NCBI RefSeq assembly: GCF_018350175.1
Contig: NC_058383.1
Coordinates: 28,150,001-28,214,000 of the forward strand
DNA: 64,000 bases
Direction: 5' to 3'
Source of the DNA: Felis catus
Lineage: Eukaryota
This document shows, piece by piece, positions 36,796-51,229 of this stretch. The notes under the pieces are model-generated. The model saw nothing but the letters and a program-made list of their open reading frames with translations. It was not told the DNA's origin and made no database searches. Position 1 is the first letter of the stretch; each line of letters opens with the position of its first letter. Both the position numbers and the translations under genes were made by a program.

Positions 36796-37689
36796 AAAAA
36801 CTTTACAGAACCCCCACTACATGCAGGCAATGTCTCTACTTTGGTGGATGTTGCACACTAGTGAGGGGAGATAGTCAGCAAATAATTAGGCTAATGAGCA
36901 AGGTAATATCAGATAATGATAAAAAAAATAAAGAAGGGAAATGAGATGGAGACCAACCAACTGAGGGTCACGAGCCTGCTTGGATTAAGATGCCCTAATG
37001 GGTAATGCTCGAGCTGAGCCCTAAAGTAAGGAACCAGTAGCTGACAGAGGAGGAGGGAGAGCATTCCAGGCAGAGGGAACAGCAGGTGCAAAGGCTCTGA
37101 GGTGGGAAGGAGTTTGGGGCACCAGAGAAAAGAAAGAAATCCCATGAGACCAGCAGATAGTGAGTAGGAGGTAAGGTCAGAGAGACAGATAGAAGGTGAG
37201 AATTTCTTCTGAGAGCAAGAGAAAGCCATGAGCAGGCCAGCAACAGCAAGATAGGGTCAGGATGATGTTTCCAGAAGTTCACTCTGGCTGCAGCCAGGTG
37301 AAGAACTTCAGATTCGTGGCAGCTGGACCTTAGCAGGTGTCTTAACCTCTTTGTGCCTTTCTTTCCTTATCTGTCAGGTGGGAGTTATGATGGGGGTAGA
37401 GACGCATGCCTGTCCTGTAGTATGTGTTCAATAAATCACTCCAAAGCCAGAAAGTGCCACAGCTTTAAAGCTCCCACTGGCCTTTGGAGGGTTCTGCAGA
37501 GGAAGGGGGTCTTGAGGCTAGGTGGGGCCTGTAGGAGACCTGGTGCTCCAGGTGGTAGGAACCGAGAGAGCACAGGTAAGGTCTGCACCGTGGTTCCATC
37601 TGCCCTGTTGAGAACCTCACCTGGTCTTTTCTTCTTTCCTTTCCCTCCGGGGCCTCTCTCTGTCCCCATCCCCCCTACCTGTGCTACAG

Positions 37690-37897
37690 GTGAGGGCCAC
37701 CATGCACCTGACCTACCTACAGGCTGTGGGTGCCCCACTGTGCCTCTATGCACTGTTCCTCTTCCTCTGCCAGCAAGTGGCCTCCTTCTGCCGTGGCTAC
37801 TGGCTCAGCCTGTGGGCCGACGACCCCACTGTGGATGGGCGACAGACCCAGGCGGCTCTGCGTGGCTGGATCTTCGGGCTCCTGGGCTGCCTCCAAG
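37690..37897 (+). CDS. ABCC6: ABCC6 exon 22 (208 nt)
   Basis: tacag|GTGAGG...CCAAG|gtaccc; [18 protein letters not shown]...[10 protein letters not shown]. Confidence 0.95.
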
Positions 37898-38285
37898 GTA
37901 CCCCTCGCCCGCCTTCCTCACCCTCCACCCTCCCGGCCCCATCTGAGGTGCTCAGGGCCCCCTGGCCTGCCCATCCCTGTCCTTTCTGGACATCTGTGCA
38001 AACATCCTGGGCCCAAGCGCAGACCTGAATCCTTTAGATAAGGCTGGAAGGAGGGGGGGGGGGGGGGCAGGACACATCCCTCCTTTCCTGGGATCTTCAG
38101 AGTCTGTGCCAGACTCCTCAGCAAGTGCAGAACCTTGGCCCCCAGATGTTGGGGTAGCTGAGGACTTGGGTGGGGACAGACCAACTGCAGTGGTTTGGAT
38201 GGGCCAGAGACAGTTTGCCCCACCTCAGAAACGGAGTGAAGTCAGCCCCATTCCAGGCACATAGATGGGCATTGAGAGAAAGGGG

Positions 38286-38730
38286 GTATATTAGTTTCCT
38301 AGGGCTGACAGAAATTACCACAAACTTGGTAGCTTAGAACAACAGACACTTCATCTCTCAGCGTCCTGAAGCCAGCAGCCCAAAGACAAGCTGTCGGCAG
38401 GAGTGGTTCCTCCTGGAGGCTTTGAGGGAGCGACAGTCCCGTGCCTGTCTCCTAGCTTCTGTTGGGGGTCTCCAATCCTTGGCTTGCATATGCCCCCATT
38501 CTGTGCCTCTGCCTTCATATCACCTTCGTCTCTGTCTCCGGATGTCTTCTCTTCTTGTAAGGACGGGAGCTATTGGATTTAGAAGGCATCCTAAATCCAG
38601 GGTGTTACCACCTTAGGATCTTTCACTGAAAACGGCCACAAAGAACGTGTTTCCAAATAAGGTCACATTCCGAGATTCCTGATGGACACGAGTTTGCAGG
38701 GTGGGGAGGCACACTGTTCAACCCACTGCA
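38286..38730. mobile_element. MaLR LTR (MLT1B/C/D-like)
   Basis: tatattagtttcctagggctg...aaattaccacaaactt...ccaaataaggtcacattc. Confidence 0.7.
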
Positions 38731-38843
38731 GGGTGGTTCCATCAGGGGACACTCAGGATGGCCAAAGCATAAGATGGCCATCATGGGGTAGTTGGGGGAG
38801 GGGGGTCTCGGCTCTCACGCTCTGACACCCGCTCTCTCCCCAG

Positions 38844-39154
38844 CCATTGGGCTGTTTGCCTCCATGGCCATGGTGCTCCTGGCAGGAATCCGGGCATCCA
38901 GGCTGCTTTTCCAGAGGCTTCTGTGGGATGTGGCACAGTGTCCCATCGGCTTCTTTGAGCGGACGCCCATCGGGAACTTGCTGAATCGCTTCTCTAAGGA
39001 AACAGACACAGTAGATGTGGACATCCCAGACAAACTCCGGTCCTTGCTGATTTATGCCTTTGGACTGCTGGAGGTCAGCCTGGTGGTGACGGTGACCACC
39101 CCTCTGGCTATTGTCGCCTTCCTGCCGTTGCTGGTCCTCTATGCTGGGTTTCAG
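38844..39154 (+). CDS. ABCC6: ABCC6 exon 23 (311 nt)
   Basis: cccag|CCATTG...TTTCAG|gtacgg; [28 protein letters not shown]. Confidence 0.96.
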
Positions 39155-39594
39155 GTACGGAGAGATTGGGGAGGCCCCTGGGGCCAGCTCAGGTCACCTC
39201 AGCCAGTCTCTTGTCTCTGGACAGGATTCAGCGTAAGAGGCTCTGCACAGTGGAAGAATCCCTAGAAGAATTCCCAGAGGCAGAGACACCACAGTTTACT
39301 TCTAACACCTACACTCAACACTGTCTCCCGAATGTCCGTGTCTAAGTTCTTAATATCTTACATTTTGTCCTGCTGCTGCTGCTGAAATCAGCTTCCCGTT
39401 CTCCAATTATCTAGAAACCAAGGAGGCATTCAAGGTCTCCAAGTGTTGTATTAGGTTGGACTCTTTCAGTTGCCGGAGCTGGAGACCAACTGAAATTAGC
39501 TTAAACAAAAGGACAGAAATTAACGTCTTACGTCCCTAAAGCGCAAGGAGCCAGTTATCACCAGGATGCGGTCACTCTCTCCATATCTTTGCTC

Positions 39595-39785
39595 AGGGGG
39601 TCTCAAAGTGCCATCTCAGACCAGCAGCGTCAGGACCAGCTGGGAGCTAGTGAGAAATGCACGTTCTCAGGCCCCACCCAGGAACTACTGACTCTCAAGT
39701 CACGGTAGAAATGGAGCCCAGAAATGTGGGTTTCAGCAAACCCTCCAGATAATTCTGATGCATACTAATGTTTAAAAACCACTGG
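39595..39785. mobile_element. MER5A-like MITE
   Basis: ctcaaagtg...agaaatgcacgttctcaggccccaccc...aattctgatgca...aaccactg. Confidence 0.7.
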
Positions 39786-40761
39786 CTTTAGCTCTGCGTG
39801 GCCTGATTTTGGACGCACTGTCTTTCTAGGGTCTGATGGGTCTGATGGCCCCTGACAACCCTATACTCACAGCATCCCACCTCAGCAAGTCCAACCCAAA
39901 GTAACTTTTACTCCAGCTCCGCATTCATAGGTCAGTCCCAGGGAAGATTTGACTGGCCTGTTTGGGGGCCCGTGTTCATCCCTGAGCGAATCACAGTGAC
40001 CAGAGGGTTAGCACACTCTGACTGGCTAGGCTGCGTGAGGCTACGTCCTCCGTGATCGGGTCCCACGTTTGAACTCTACCCTCCACCTCCACCCCAGGTA
40101 ATCAGAAATAGAAGAGAAAAAAACACGGTAGTCAGACAAAAGCCACAGCCACCACTGTCTTCTCGATGTCTTCTTGACCTGGGGAGGGACAGCTTAAGGG
40201 TCGGGCGGAGGTGGATTTGAATCCGGGCCCTGCCACTTGCTTGCTGGAGAGGCCTGGACCAGCCACTTGATCCCTCTGGGCCTCAGGTTTTCTCACCTGT
40301 AAACTGTGAAGGACACCAGTGCCCACCTCACATTAATGAATACTGTTTGTAAAGAGGCTGGCACACAGCCTGGCTGGCTGTTCAGCAGATGCATATCCTT
40401 CTGGCTGGCACACAGCTTGTGGCGTCAGAGCAAATAACCCCACGGATCATTTGGGCATTGTTATGTTCCCAGCACCGGGCAGGTAACCTCCAGTTAAGTG
40501 AGCGGATTCCACTTGGCCAACTGCCTTCCTTGTCCTTTATGGTTTTGTTCCCACAATGACTGGCCCTAAGTGAAGCAGTTGGCTTTAGGGCTGGGAATGA
40601 GACATTCACACTAGATGAGTGGTTTCTCAGTCCTGGCTGTACGTTAGAATCGCCCAGAAGGTTTTTGGAAACTACCAAGGCCAAGGTGGTACCACCAGAG
40701 ATTCTGATTTAATAGCTCTGGGACGGGGCACTGGAGGGTTTTGCAGCTTCCTGGGTTCTTC

Positions 40762-40987
40762 TTTTTTAATTTTTTTCATGTTTTTTTATTTTTATTTTTG
40801 AAGGAGAGAGAGGCAGTATGAACAGGGGAGGGGCAGAGAGAGAGATAGGGAGACACAGAATCAGAAGCAGGCTCCAGGCTCTGAGCTGTCAGCACAGAGC
40901 CTGACGCGGGGCTTGAACTCGTGAACCACTAGATCATGACCTGAGCCGAAACTGGATGCTTAACTGACGGAGCCACCCAGGCGGCCC
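40762..40987 (-). mobile_element. Can-SINE inside MER5-like relic
   Basis: TSD ctgggttcttctt. Confidence 0.9.
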
Positions 40988-41188
40988 TCTGGGTTCTTCT
41001 TAAAAAGAACCATGTAACTCTGATTCTGCAGGGAAAATAGAGCCCAGAGAGGGGAATCAACTAGCCCAAGGTCCCACAGCAGCTGGTAACAGAGCCTGGT
41101 CTGAAACCCTGTACTTGGGGCTCCCTGTGCGTCTCAAACTACCTCTCTGTGTCTGTGACTTCTCCCCTCCCCACCTGTCCCGCTTCAG

Positions 41189-41388
41189 AGCCTGTACGTG
41201 GCCAGCTTATGCCAGCTCAGACGCCTCGAGTCAGCCAGGCACTCGTTCGTGTGTTCCCACGTGGCCGACACGTTCCAGGGCATCACAGTGGTCAGAGCCT
41301 TCCAGGCCCAGTGCCCCTTTGTGGCTCAGAATGACATGCACGTGGATGAAAGCCAGAGAGTCAGTTTCCCGCGGCTGGTGGCTGACAG
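41189..41388 (+). CDS. ABCC6: ABCC6 exon 24 (200 nt)
   Basis: ttcag|AGCCTG...GACAG|gtagga; [16 protein letters not shown]...FPRLVADR. Confidence 0.96.
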
Positions 41389-43010
41389 GTAGGAAAAGCA
41401 TGGGGGCGGGCAAGACCCTGCAAGACATCTGTGTCCCCAGAGAGTGAGACGTAGGGTGACGCCAGAGAGATGAAGCGGCCTGCCCAAAGTCACACAGCAA
41501 GGCAGGGATAAAGCTGAAGCTGTACCCCGTGGGTGCACTTGGCTCGTACCGTGAGCAGATGGAGTCTGGCCTGAGGAGTCCTCAGCGGCAGGTGGACAGG
41601 AAGTACAGATGTCAGCAGAAGGGAAGAAGCCTCTGTTGCCAGGCTGCTGGACCAGCTCTGTTGCCTTGGTGATAGAGCAGCTACGTAAGCATCCTCAGCC
41701 TTTTCATTACTAAGTAAGAATACTCAGGCTTTGAGCACAGACGGACAGGGGCTCAAATCCCAGCTCTGAGACTTACCAGCTGGGTGATCTTGGGCAGGTT
41801 TCATACCTCTCTGAGCCTCGTTTGTCAAGGGGGATGTCACTTATGGGGTGGCTATGAGGATTAAATAAATACACTCAGAGCTAATGCTTGTAACATGCTT
41901 ACTATATGCTCAGCACGGTACTGAGCCCTCTACATGGATTTGTTCTTTTAGTCCTAAAAACAAGTCATGAGGCCGAGACTGTTTTATGGATGATGAATCT
42001 TAGGCACAGAGAGATTTAGGAACTTGCCCAGGGCCGCACAGTGAATGTGGTGGAGTAAGGGTCTGAATCCAGGTAATCTGGTGCCACAGTGTGGAGAGGG
42101 CCAAGCACACAGTAGGTGCTCAATAAATATGAATTCCTTTCTCCTTTATGCCCCAGGTCCCTGGCCAGCTGAGGCTATCAGGCCATGTAGCTGTGGGCAG
42201 CATCTCAATCCCATAAGCCTTCTGGGCGACCTGCCCTGCCTCTTCCTGGGGTCCTAGCCCAAGGAGGAAAGACCTAATGAACATTTAGAAAGCACCGGCG
42301 ATGTGAAGGCCCGGTGATTTCCATGGTCTGTATGGCAGATCTCATTTAATCCTCTCATCTGTAAGGAGCCAGATTTGACTTCATTCCACAGATGGGTAAA
42401 CTGGGCTTTCAAGAACAAAGGGACTCTCCCAAGAGCAGCTGTCTAGGAAGCAACTTATGTATGCATTTGCTGGTTGGTTTGTTGAAAACCACCATAACCT
42501 AGTGGAAAAGGTTCATGCTTCCTGGCATGCATCAGGGTGATGTGGCTTCTAAGACTTTCATGTGTGTGGACTCTGGCAAGTACCTAACTCTTGAGCCTCA
42601 GCGTCCTCATCTGTCAAACGGGGACAACAATACCCCGCTTTGTGGGGTTGTTAGAAGGACTAGATTCTCCATGTAGTAAAGCCCAGAGATCCCTGAAGAC
42701 AGATTCTTAAATTGGATCACTGTGTCCCCAGCACCTGCAGCAGACATGACACACAGTAGGTGGTCAATATGTTTGTTGAATGAATGAATGAGTCAATGAA
42801 TGAATGTTGGAGTAGGAATGCAAGAGAAGGAGGTGCCTCTATATCCACTCAGTTTATTATTCATTGAGCACCTACTACGTGCTGGGTCCTGTGCTAAGTA
42901 CTGGGGACAGTCATGAACGAGACAGAGTTGCTGCCCTCACGGAGCTCACAATCTACTGATGGAGACTGATGGTCAAGGACTGATTAAATCGTTTAATTAT
43001 TAAGAGTGGT

Positions 43011-43236
43011 GGGGCGCCTGGGTGGCGCAGTCGGTTAAGCGTCCGACTTCAGCCAGGTCACGATCTCGCGGTCCCTGAGTTCGAGCCCCGCGTCGGGCTC
43101 TGGGCTGATGGCTCAGAGCCTGGAGCCTGTTTCCGATTCTGTGTCTCCCTCTCTCTCTGCCCCTCCCCCGTTCATGCTCTGTCTCTCTCTGTCCCAAAAA
43201 TAAATAAAAACGTTGAAAAAAAAATTAAAAAAAAAA
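43011..43236 (+). mobile_element. Young felid SINE (SINEC_Fc-type)
   Basis: Intact CpGs, TSD aagagtggt. Confidence 0.93.
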
Positions 43237-43456
43237 GAGTGGTAAGTGTTATGAAGGAAGTTATGAGCGATGTGTTAGAAAGGGAGGAACAGGCCAGGAA
43301 GGCTTTTGGAGGAGGTGACGTTCAACCCAACCTGTGCATGAAGATGATATTGGCCGTGTGAAGATGGAGGTCAGGTCCAGGCAGGGGGACCCCAAGGGAT
43401 ACAGCCGGGCATAGCCCAGGGACGGAAAATCGGCACCATGGCGAAACTTTACTTGA

Positions 43457-43894
<438 letters not shown>

Positions 43895-44513
43895 TAGCTG
43901 GGTGACCTTCCTGGACCTTGGGCAAGAGTCTTCCCTCGCAGAGCCTCAGTGTGCTCATCCGGAAAATGGGGCAGTAATCTCTTCACTTCAGACATTGTAG
44001 AGCCTAGTTGAGATAAGGTATATAGAGTCCATTTCCAGGGTAGTGCTAAATTTTGTTAACTATTAATAATAATATGTCATGTCAGGTCATGATATCTATG
44101 AAGGAAAAAACATATATGCAAGTAGCATTCTTCTACTGAATTGTTCTAACAGCTTTATAAATATTAACCCATTTAATTCTGCCCACAACCCCATCGGGGA
44201 TACTATTATTATCCTCATTTTATATTGAGGCAAAATGATGGGAAATCAGGGGAGAGAAACTCTCAGAATGGAAGTCAGTGGGCCTGAGCCCTGCTGGGTG
44301 TCCTTGCGAGAGCCATACACCCTCTCTGGTCCTCTCGTCCCACCTGTATCAAGATGGGTTGGACAAGCTCCTTTCTACTCTGCATACTCCAGTTCTACTG
44401 AAGGAAGGTCCTGGTGACGACAGTCAAAGCCCATCCCCTTACCTGTCCCCACTTCTGCCTCCCGCCCCTGCCTCAGGGGGGCTGATGCAAGCCTGCGATG
44501 TCTTCCCCCCCAG

Positions 44514-44615
44514 GTGACCCAGACACTGCAGTGGGCTGTTCGCAGCTGGACAGACCTGGAGAGCAGCATCGTGTCGGTAGAGCGGATGAAGGACTATGTC
44601 CAGACGCCCAAGGAG
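44514..44615 (+). CDS. ABCC6: ABCC6 exon 26 (102 nt)
   Basis: cccag|GTGACC...AAGGAG|gtgatg; [25 protein letters not shown]. Confidence 0.95.
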
Positions 44616-45391
44616 GTGATGGGTGGAAGATGGGGACGGGGGTGTGGACCCAGGTCTATGCCTGCTACGGGCTTTAGAGCCCCTGCCACTGAGGGCTGGG
44701 GTTGCAGCCAGGGCGACAGTAATGGTTAAGAGCGTGGGGTCTGGAGCCAGGAGAAATCCTGGGTCCTTTGCTTCTTCACTTGGGCAAAGCAGGTCATTCT
44801 TCTGAGTGACAGGGGACCATAGGTAACAGCAGTGCAGTAGCAGTAGAACAGCAACATGACGGCCACATCACATACACATCACAGCAACGTTCTAGGCACA
44901 TCACAGCAAGATGACAATAACGGAAGAGTGACGTGGCAAGGTAACAGTGCGGGGGTACTGGGGGGTCAGGTGAGATCCCACGAGAAAGCACTTAGTGTCA
45001 GGCACACCGTAGACAGGCCCTACACGCCCACGGCTCTGATGGGCCCCCTTTCACCTCGAGGGGATCGAGGACCTATTCAAGGTCACAGGAAGAGCACACA
45101 GCAGCTAACGACCCCCTAGTGCATAATCTTGCCCTCCTCACAAAGACAAAGGGGAGAATATTATTCTACCCCTTCTAGAGGAAGACAGAATCTTATTTGA
45201 CAATTAATAGTGGCTAATAATAATAATAAAGATAGAGTAGCCAATACCATCATTATTTTTATAATCTCAGAGGTCACCTGTTTATAGCTCTGCTATGTTC
45301 CAATGCCCCCAACGACTCTGTAAGATAGCAGTAAATATGCCCATTTTACAGAAGAGGAAACTGAAGCTCAAAGAGAGAGCGGCTCCTCTGA

Positions 45392-45628
<237 letters not shown>

Positions 45629-46762
45629 TAGGCCCTGAGCACCAAATGCTTCCTCCACACCCGACTTCAGGCCCTCCACTCTGAAGACCCACCACGCCCT
45701 AACTGAAACGATCATCTCCCCCAGACCTGCCGCCATCTTGGCGAATGCCACCACCCACCCACCTTGGTGTCCTGGGTAAGGAGGCGTCTCTCCGACCGCC
45801 TTCTTTCTCTTGGCCTCCGACGTGAGTGCTGTGACAGAGTGCTGGATGTTCCGCATACGCGATCCAGTCTGCACGGGCTCAGTTCCTGGCTTTGCCATGG
45901 CTGACCCTGGGCAGGTCACTTCATGTCTTGACCTCAGTTTTTCCATCTGTAAAATGGAAATAACAATGTCAATCTCACAGAGCTCTTGTGAAGTTTCGGT
46001 GACTTAACACATATAAACTGCTGGGAACGGTGCCTGGCACATAGCAAGAGCTGCAGAAGCGTTTGCCCGGGGTTTTAGCAATTATCAGGTGCACTTTTAC
46101 TCTGACAACGACCCTACGAAGAAGTGCTAGTATTGTCCCATTTTACAGATGCTCAGGAAACATTTCCCACTTGCATTTCCTTCCTGCCTCCTCCTAGACT
46201 GCTCCAGGCCCCCAGTTGAGCCCCCAGCCTCCCATTTAGCCACCTCCAGTCTGTTTTCCGTGATCTTTATTTGGGCATGACATTCCCCTGCTTGAGACCT
46301 TCCCCCTGCTCCCAGCTTCCCTTACAGTAAAGCCCAAACTCTTGAGCTTAGCATTCAAGGCTCTGCCCAGCTCTTCATTCATTGCCCTGCCAGGGCTCAG
46401 CCAATACTTGGGGAGTACTGCCTCACGGGGCCAGGTGGGCACCTGGTGCTGCCCTCAGGGGGTTTACCTGGCATCTTCCGCTTCCCCAAACTCCTGCTTA
46501 TCCTTCAAGGTTCCACTCAAGTATCACCTCCACCATGAAGCCTGCTCTGATTACCCTGTTGACTTCTATCTCAGGCGGCTTCACGTCCAGAGTCTGATTA
46601 TAGAGGGGGCTTTTTCATCAAGTGTATTCAAATTAAGTTTGCTCAGTTGCATTATTTCCAAGACCAGACAGTGAGCCCTGTAGAGCAAGGATTCCTTAAT
46701 TTCTCTATTCCTCATGCCTAGAAGAGTTGCCTGTCATACAGTGGGTAACACGATTCATTTAC

Positions 46763-46963
46763 TTTTTTTTTTGTTTATTTATTTTTGAGAGAGAGAGAGA
46801 GATTGAACGTGGAAGAAGGGCAGAGAGAGAGGGGGCTACAGGGTCTAAAGCAGGCTCTGTGCTGACAGCAGCGAGCCTAGAGCCAGGCTTGATATCATGA
46901 ACCGTGAGATCACGACCTGAGCCAAAGTTGGACACTTAACCGACTGAGCCACCCAGATGGCCC
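46763..46963 (-). mobile_element. Can-SINE
   Basis: Antisense head/tail. Confidence 0.87.
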
Positions 46964-47259
46964 ATATTTCATTCACTTCTTAAACATATAGTGTTGAGCC
47001 TCCAGCGAGTGTTGGACATTGAGAATGCAGCAGTAAATGCTGAGGGCGGATGGGGGCAGGAACAATGATGGGCAGATGGACGGAAGGATGGAAAAATGGG
47101 AGGGTGGGGGTATAGCAGGAAGTGTGGGTGAGTGGACAGAAAGATGGGAGAGATGAGTCACAAAGGGGAGAAGACAGAGAACTATGTACAGAAAGAAGGC
47201 TGGATGGAATGGGTGGACATATGGAAAGGTGGACAGATGGACAAATGCTCAAAGGATAA

Positions 47260-47782
<523 letters not shown>

Positions 47783-48196
47783 TAGGCCTGCCCCGCCACG
47801 ACCAGGGCCTGGGAGGAGCTGCGTGGAGAGGCGAGTGTGGCTGAGGCTCCCCGCACTGCCCTGTCCCCAGGGTAACATGCCCTGGAAAACTGCCTCCCCC
47901 ACGGGACTACCAGCTTCATTCTGTTAGTACTCACAGGATGAACCCCGTCCCTTATCAGCAATTCTGAACTCCAACACAGTCTCTGAATGTCCAGTTTTGT
48001 CTTCCTCAATTCGGTTCCTCAATTTATTTGGGTGACAAAACCCAACCCTTACTGACACAAGGCTACTTATAGTCTATTTATCCCTCTCAGCATTTCTTTT
48101 GCTACGAAAGTATCGTGTTTGATGTGGGCACGAATTCCACTCTCACTGTGGGTTCTAAGTAACATATGGTATACGTTTCTTTCTGAAGAAATCTTA

Positions 48197-48397
48197 GGGG
48201 CGCCTGGGTGGCTCAGTTGGTTGAGCGTCTGACTCTTGGTTTCAGCTCAAGTCATGATCCCAGGGTCATGGGATTGAGGCCTGTACCACGCTCCGTGTTG
48301 AGTGTGGATCCTGCTTAAGATTCTCTCTTTTGCACCCCCCCCCCCCGCCCCTCTCCCCCACTCGTGCTCTGGCTCTCTCTCAAAAAGAAAAAAAAAG
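48197..48397 (+). mobile_element. Can-SINE
   Basis: TSD aagaaat(c/t)ttag. Confidence 0.88.
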
Positions 48398-48449
48398 AAA
48401 TTTTAGTTGTGGTAAAATACACCTAACATAAAATTTAGCATCAAAAAAA

Positions 48450-48649
48450 TTTTTTTAATGTTTATTTTTGAGAGAGACAGAGCGTGAGTGGGGGAGGGGT
48501 AGAGAGAGAGGGAGACACAGACTCCAAAGCAGGCTCCAGGCTCTGAGCTGTCAGTACAGAGCCCGACCCAGGGCTCGAACTTATGAACTGCGAGATAGTG
48601 ACCTGAGCCAAAGTCGGATGCTTAACCGACTGAGCCACCCAGGTGTCCC
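48450..48649 (-). mobile_element. Can-SINE
   Basis: Antisense head/tail. Confidence 0.88.
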
Positions 48650-48654
48650 AACCA

Positions 48655-49036
48655 TTTTTTTTTTCTTTACTAGAATACATTCATCTTTATTCATAAATAC
48701 TGGAAAATAGGGTCTACTTTTTTTTTTTTTACTTTGCATCCAAGTTAGTTAGCATATGGTGCAACAATGATTTCAGTAGATTCCTTAATGCTCCCTACCC
48801 ATTTAGCCCAACCTCCCCACCCCTCCAGTAACCCTCTGTTTGTTCTCCATTTTTAAGAGTCTCTTATGTTTTGTCCCCTTCCCTGTTTTTATCTTAGTTT
48901 TGCTTCCCTTCCCTTATGTTCATCTGTTTTGTATCTTACATTCCTCATATGAGTGAAGTCACATGATATTTGTCTTTCTCTGACTAATTTCCCTTAGCAT
49001 AATACCCTCTGGTTCCATCGACGTAGTTATAAATGG
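48655..49036 (-). mobile_element. Carnivore L1 3' fragment with probable 3' transduction
   Basis: L1 3'UTR 48731-49036, two poly(A) tracts, TSD ccaaccatttttt. Confidence 0.8.
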
Positions 49037-49157
49037 CCAACCATTTTTTAATGTACAATTCGTAGTGTTAAATACATTCACATAATCATGCGACCCGTTT
49101 CCAGAACTTTTCCCTCTTGCGAAACTGAAACCCTGTACCCATGAAAAAACAATTCTA

Positions 49158-49363
49158 GGAGCAACTGGGTGGCTCAGTTGGTCGAGTGTCCAACTTCAGC
49201 TCAGGTCATGATGTCCCGGTTCATGAGTTCAAGCCCCATGTCGGACTCGCTACTGTCAGCTCAGAGCCTGCTTGGGATCTCTCTGTCCCTTTCTCTCTCT
49301 GCCCTTTCCCTGCTCACACACACACTGTCTCTCTCTCTCAAAAGGAAAATAAGCCTTAAAAAA
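49158..49363 (+). mobile_element. Can-SINE
   Basis: TSD-like aattcta. Confidence 0.87.
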
Positions 49364-50561
49364 ATTCTATTTTCCCCTGCCCACAGCCTCCAGCAACCCC
49401 CATTCTGCTTCCTGTTTCTATGACTTTGACTACTCTGGGTACCTCATTTAAGGGGAGTATTACAGTATTCGCCTTTTGTGACTGGCTCGTTTCACTCAGC
49501 ATAATGCCCTCAAGGCTCATCAGTGTTGCAGCATGTGCCAGCGTAGGGACGGACCACATTTTTCTTGCCCATTCCTTCACGGATGGACGCTTGCGTGCCT
49601 TTTTGAAAACAAAGACGTTCTGGATCCTAAAACCCCATCTGCCCCCAGAGGTGTGAGGGTAAGAGGCTGTGGGTGGCAGCCTCATCAGAGCTTCTGCTCA
49701 CTAGAGAAGCAGTGTAGCTTGGTGGCTGAGAGTTTAGACACGCGTCAAATCCAGCCTCCCCCAGTTACCAGCTCTAGGACCTTGGGCAAGTTCATCTTCT
49801 CTGCCCAAGAGAGAAGTGAGTGAAAAGAGAACTATAGTGAGTATCTCCTTCCTGTTCGAGGATTGACTTATACGTGTTAAGTTGCAGACACAGTGCCTGG
49901 ATGGAGGGAAAAATAATGTTTCCCTGTAAACCTCAGAGAGGCCCCCTCACGAATCCCCTTCTGCAGGATTGGCTTATAAGGCTTGAAAGTTGCCCCGGGG
50001 TCACCCAGCTCGCCAGGGACGTGGCCATAGTGGGTTCTGGTTCCCCAGAGACGCTGCTGGAAGGCTTCACCGTGAGAAGGAAGACCGCCCCAGACAGCCT
50101 TGGGTCTCCAGGGTCAGGGGTGTCACGGACTGTGTGACCTTCAGTTGCAACTGTGTGCTGTGTGCTGGGGCCTTACTCTGTGACAAGCACACTGCTAAGC
50201 ACTTTTATCGGGCTTATTTTGTCCCTGCACCCTGATAAGTCACAAGACTCATTGGCACAGTAACTACCTTTGCGGTCACCGTGAGACGTGAGTCAAGACA
50301 TGCACAGGCACGTAGGTTATGTCTGGCACAAGATAAAGAGCACTGAGTAGAAGTGGAAATAGCCATTTCACTGGGGGAGAGGAACTGAGGCACGGGGGTT
50401 TGAATGTCTTGCCTGGAGTCTCCCTGCTCAAAAAATGGCGGGAAGGGGATTCCTGCCAGCTCTGTGGACTGGGGACCCTCGTGAAGGAGTGTGTGTACCT
50501 GCCCCACTAACTTCTGCAGCTGTCGGGGGATCCCTTCGTGGGCAGGCCCTGCAAGTCCTGA

Positions 50562-50804
<243 letters not shown>

Positions 50805-50956
50805 TAAGCACCCCTCCCCGAGTAGGCCCTCTCCCCGCTCCGCCCCCACGGGCGTAGAGGAAGGCATCAGGGTTTAGAGCCCCACGGGCGCTGGAATGGG
50901 TTATCACGTGCGCACCGTACAGGTGGCAAAACTGATGCCCAGCAGGGAGGAGATGA

Positions 50957-51229
<273 letters not shown>

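Larger units (their letters stand above)
48400..49600 (-). mobile_element. Old L1M-type 3' end hosting nested younger insertions
   Basis: ttgtggtaaaatacac..aacataaaattta...tgtacaatt...ctatgactttgactactct...ttcactcagcataatg continues across the inserts. Confidence 0.7.

Noticed and set aside
36007..36944. Long ORFs (215 and 302 aa) rich in H/P/S/I/T
   Set aside because: Translation of the G-poor CCAT array, which rarely forms stops; no coding signal
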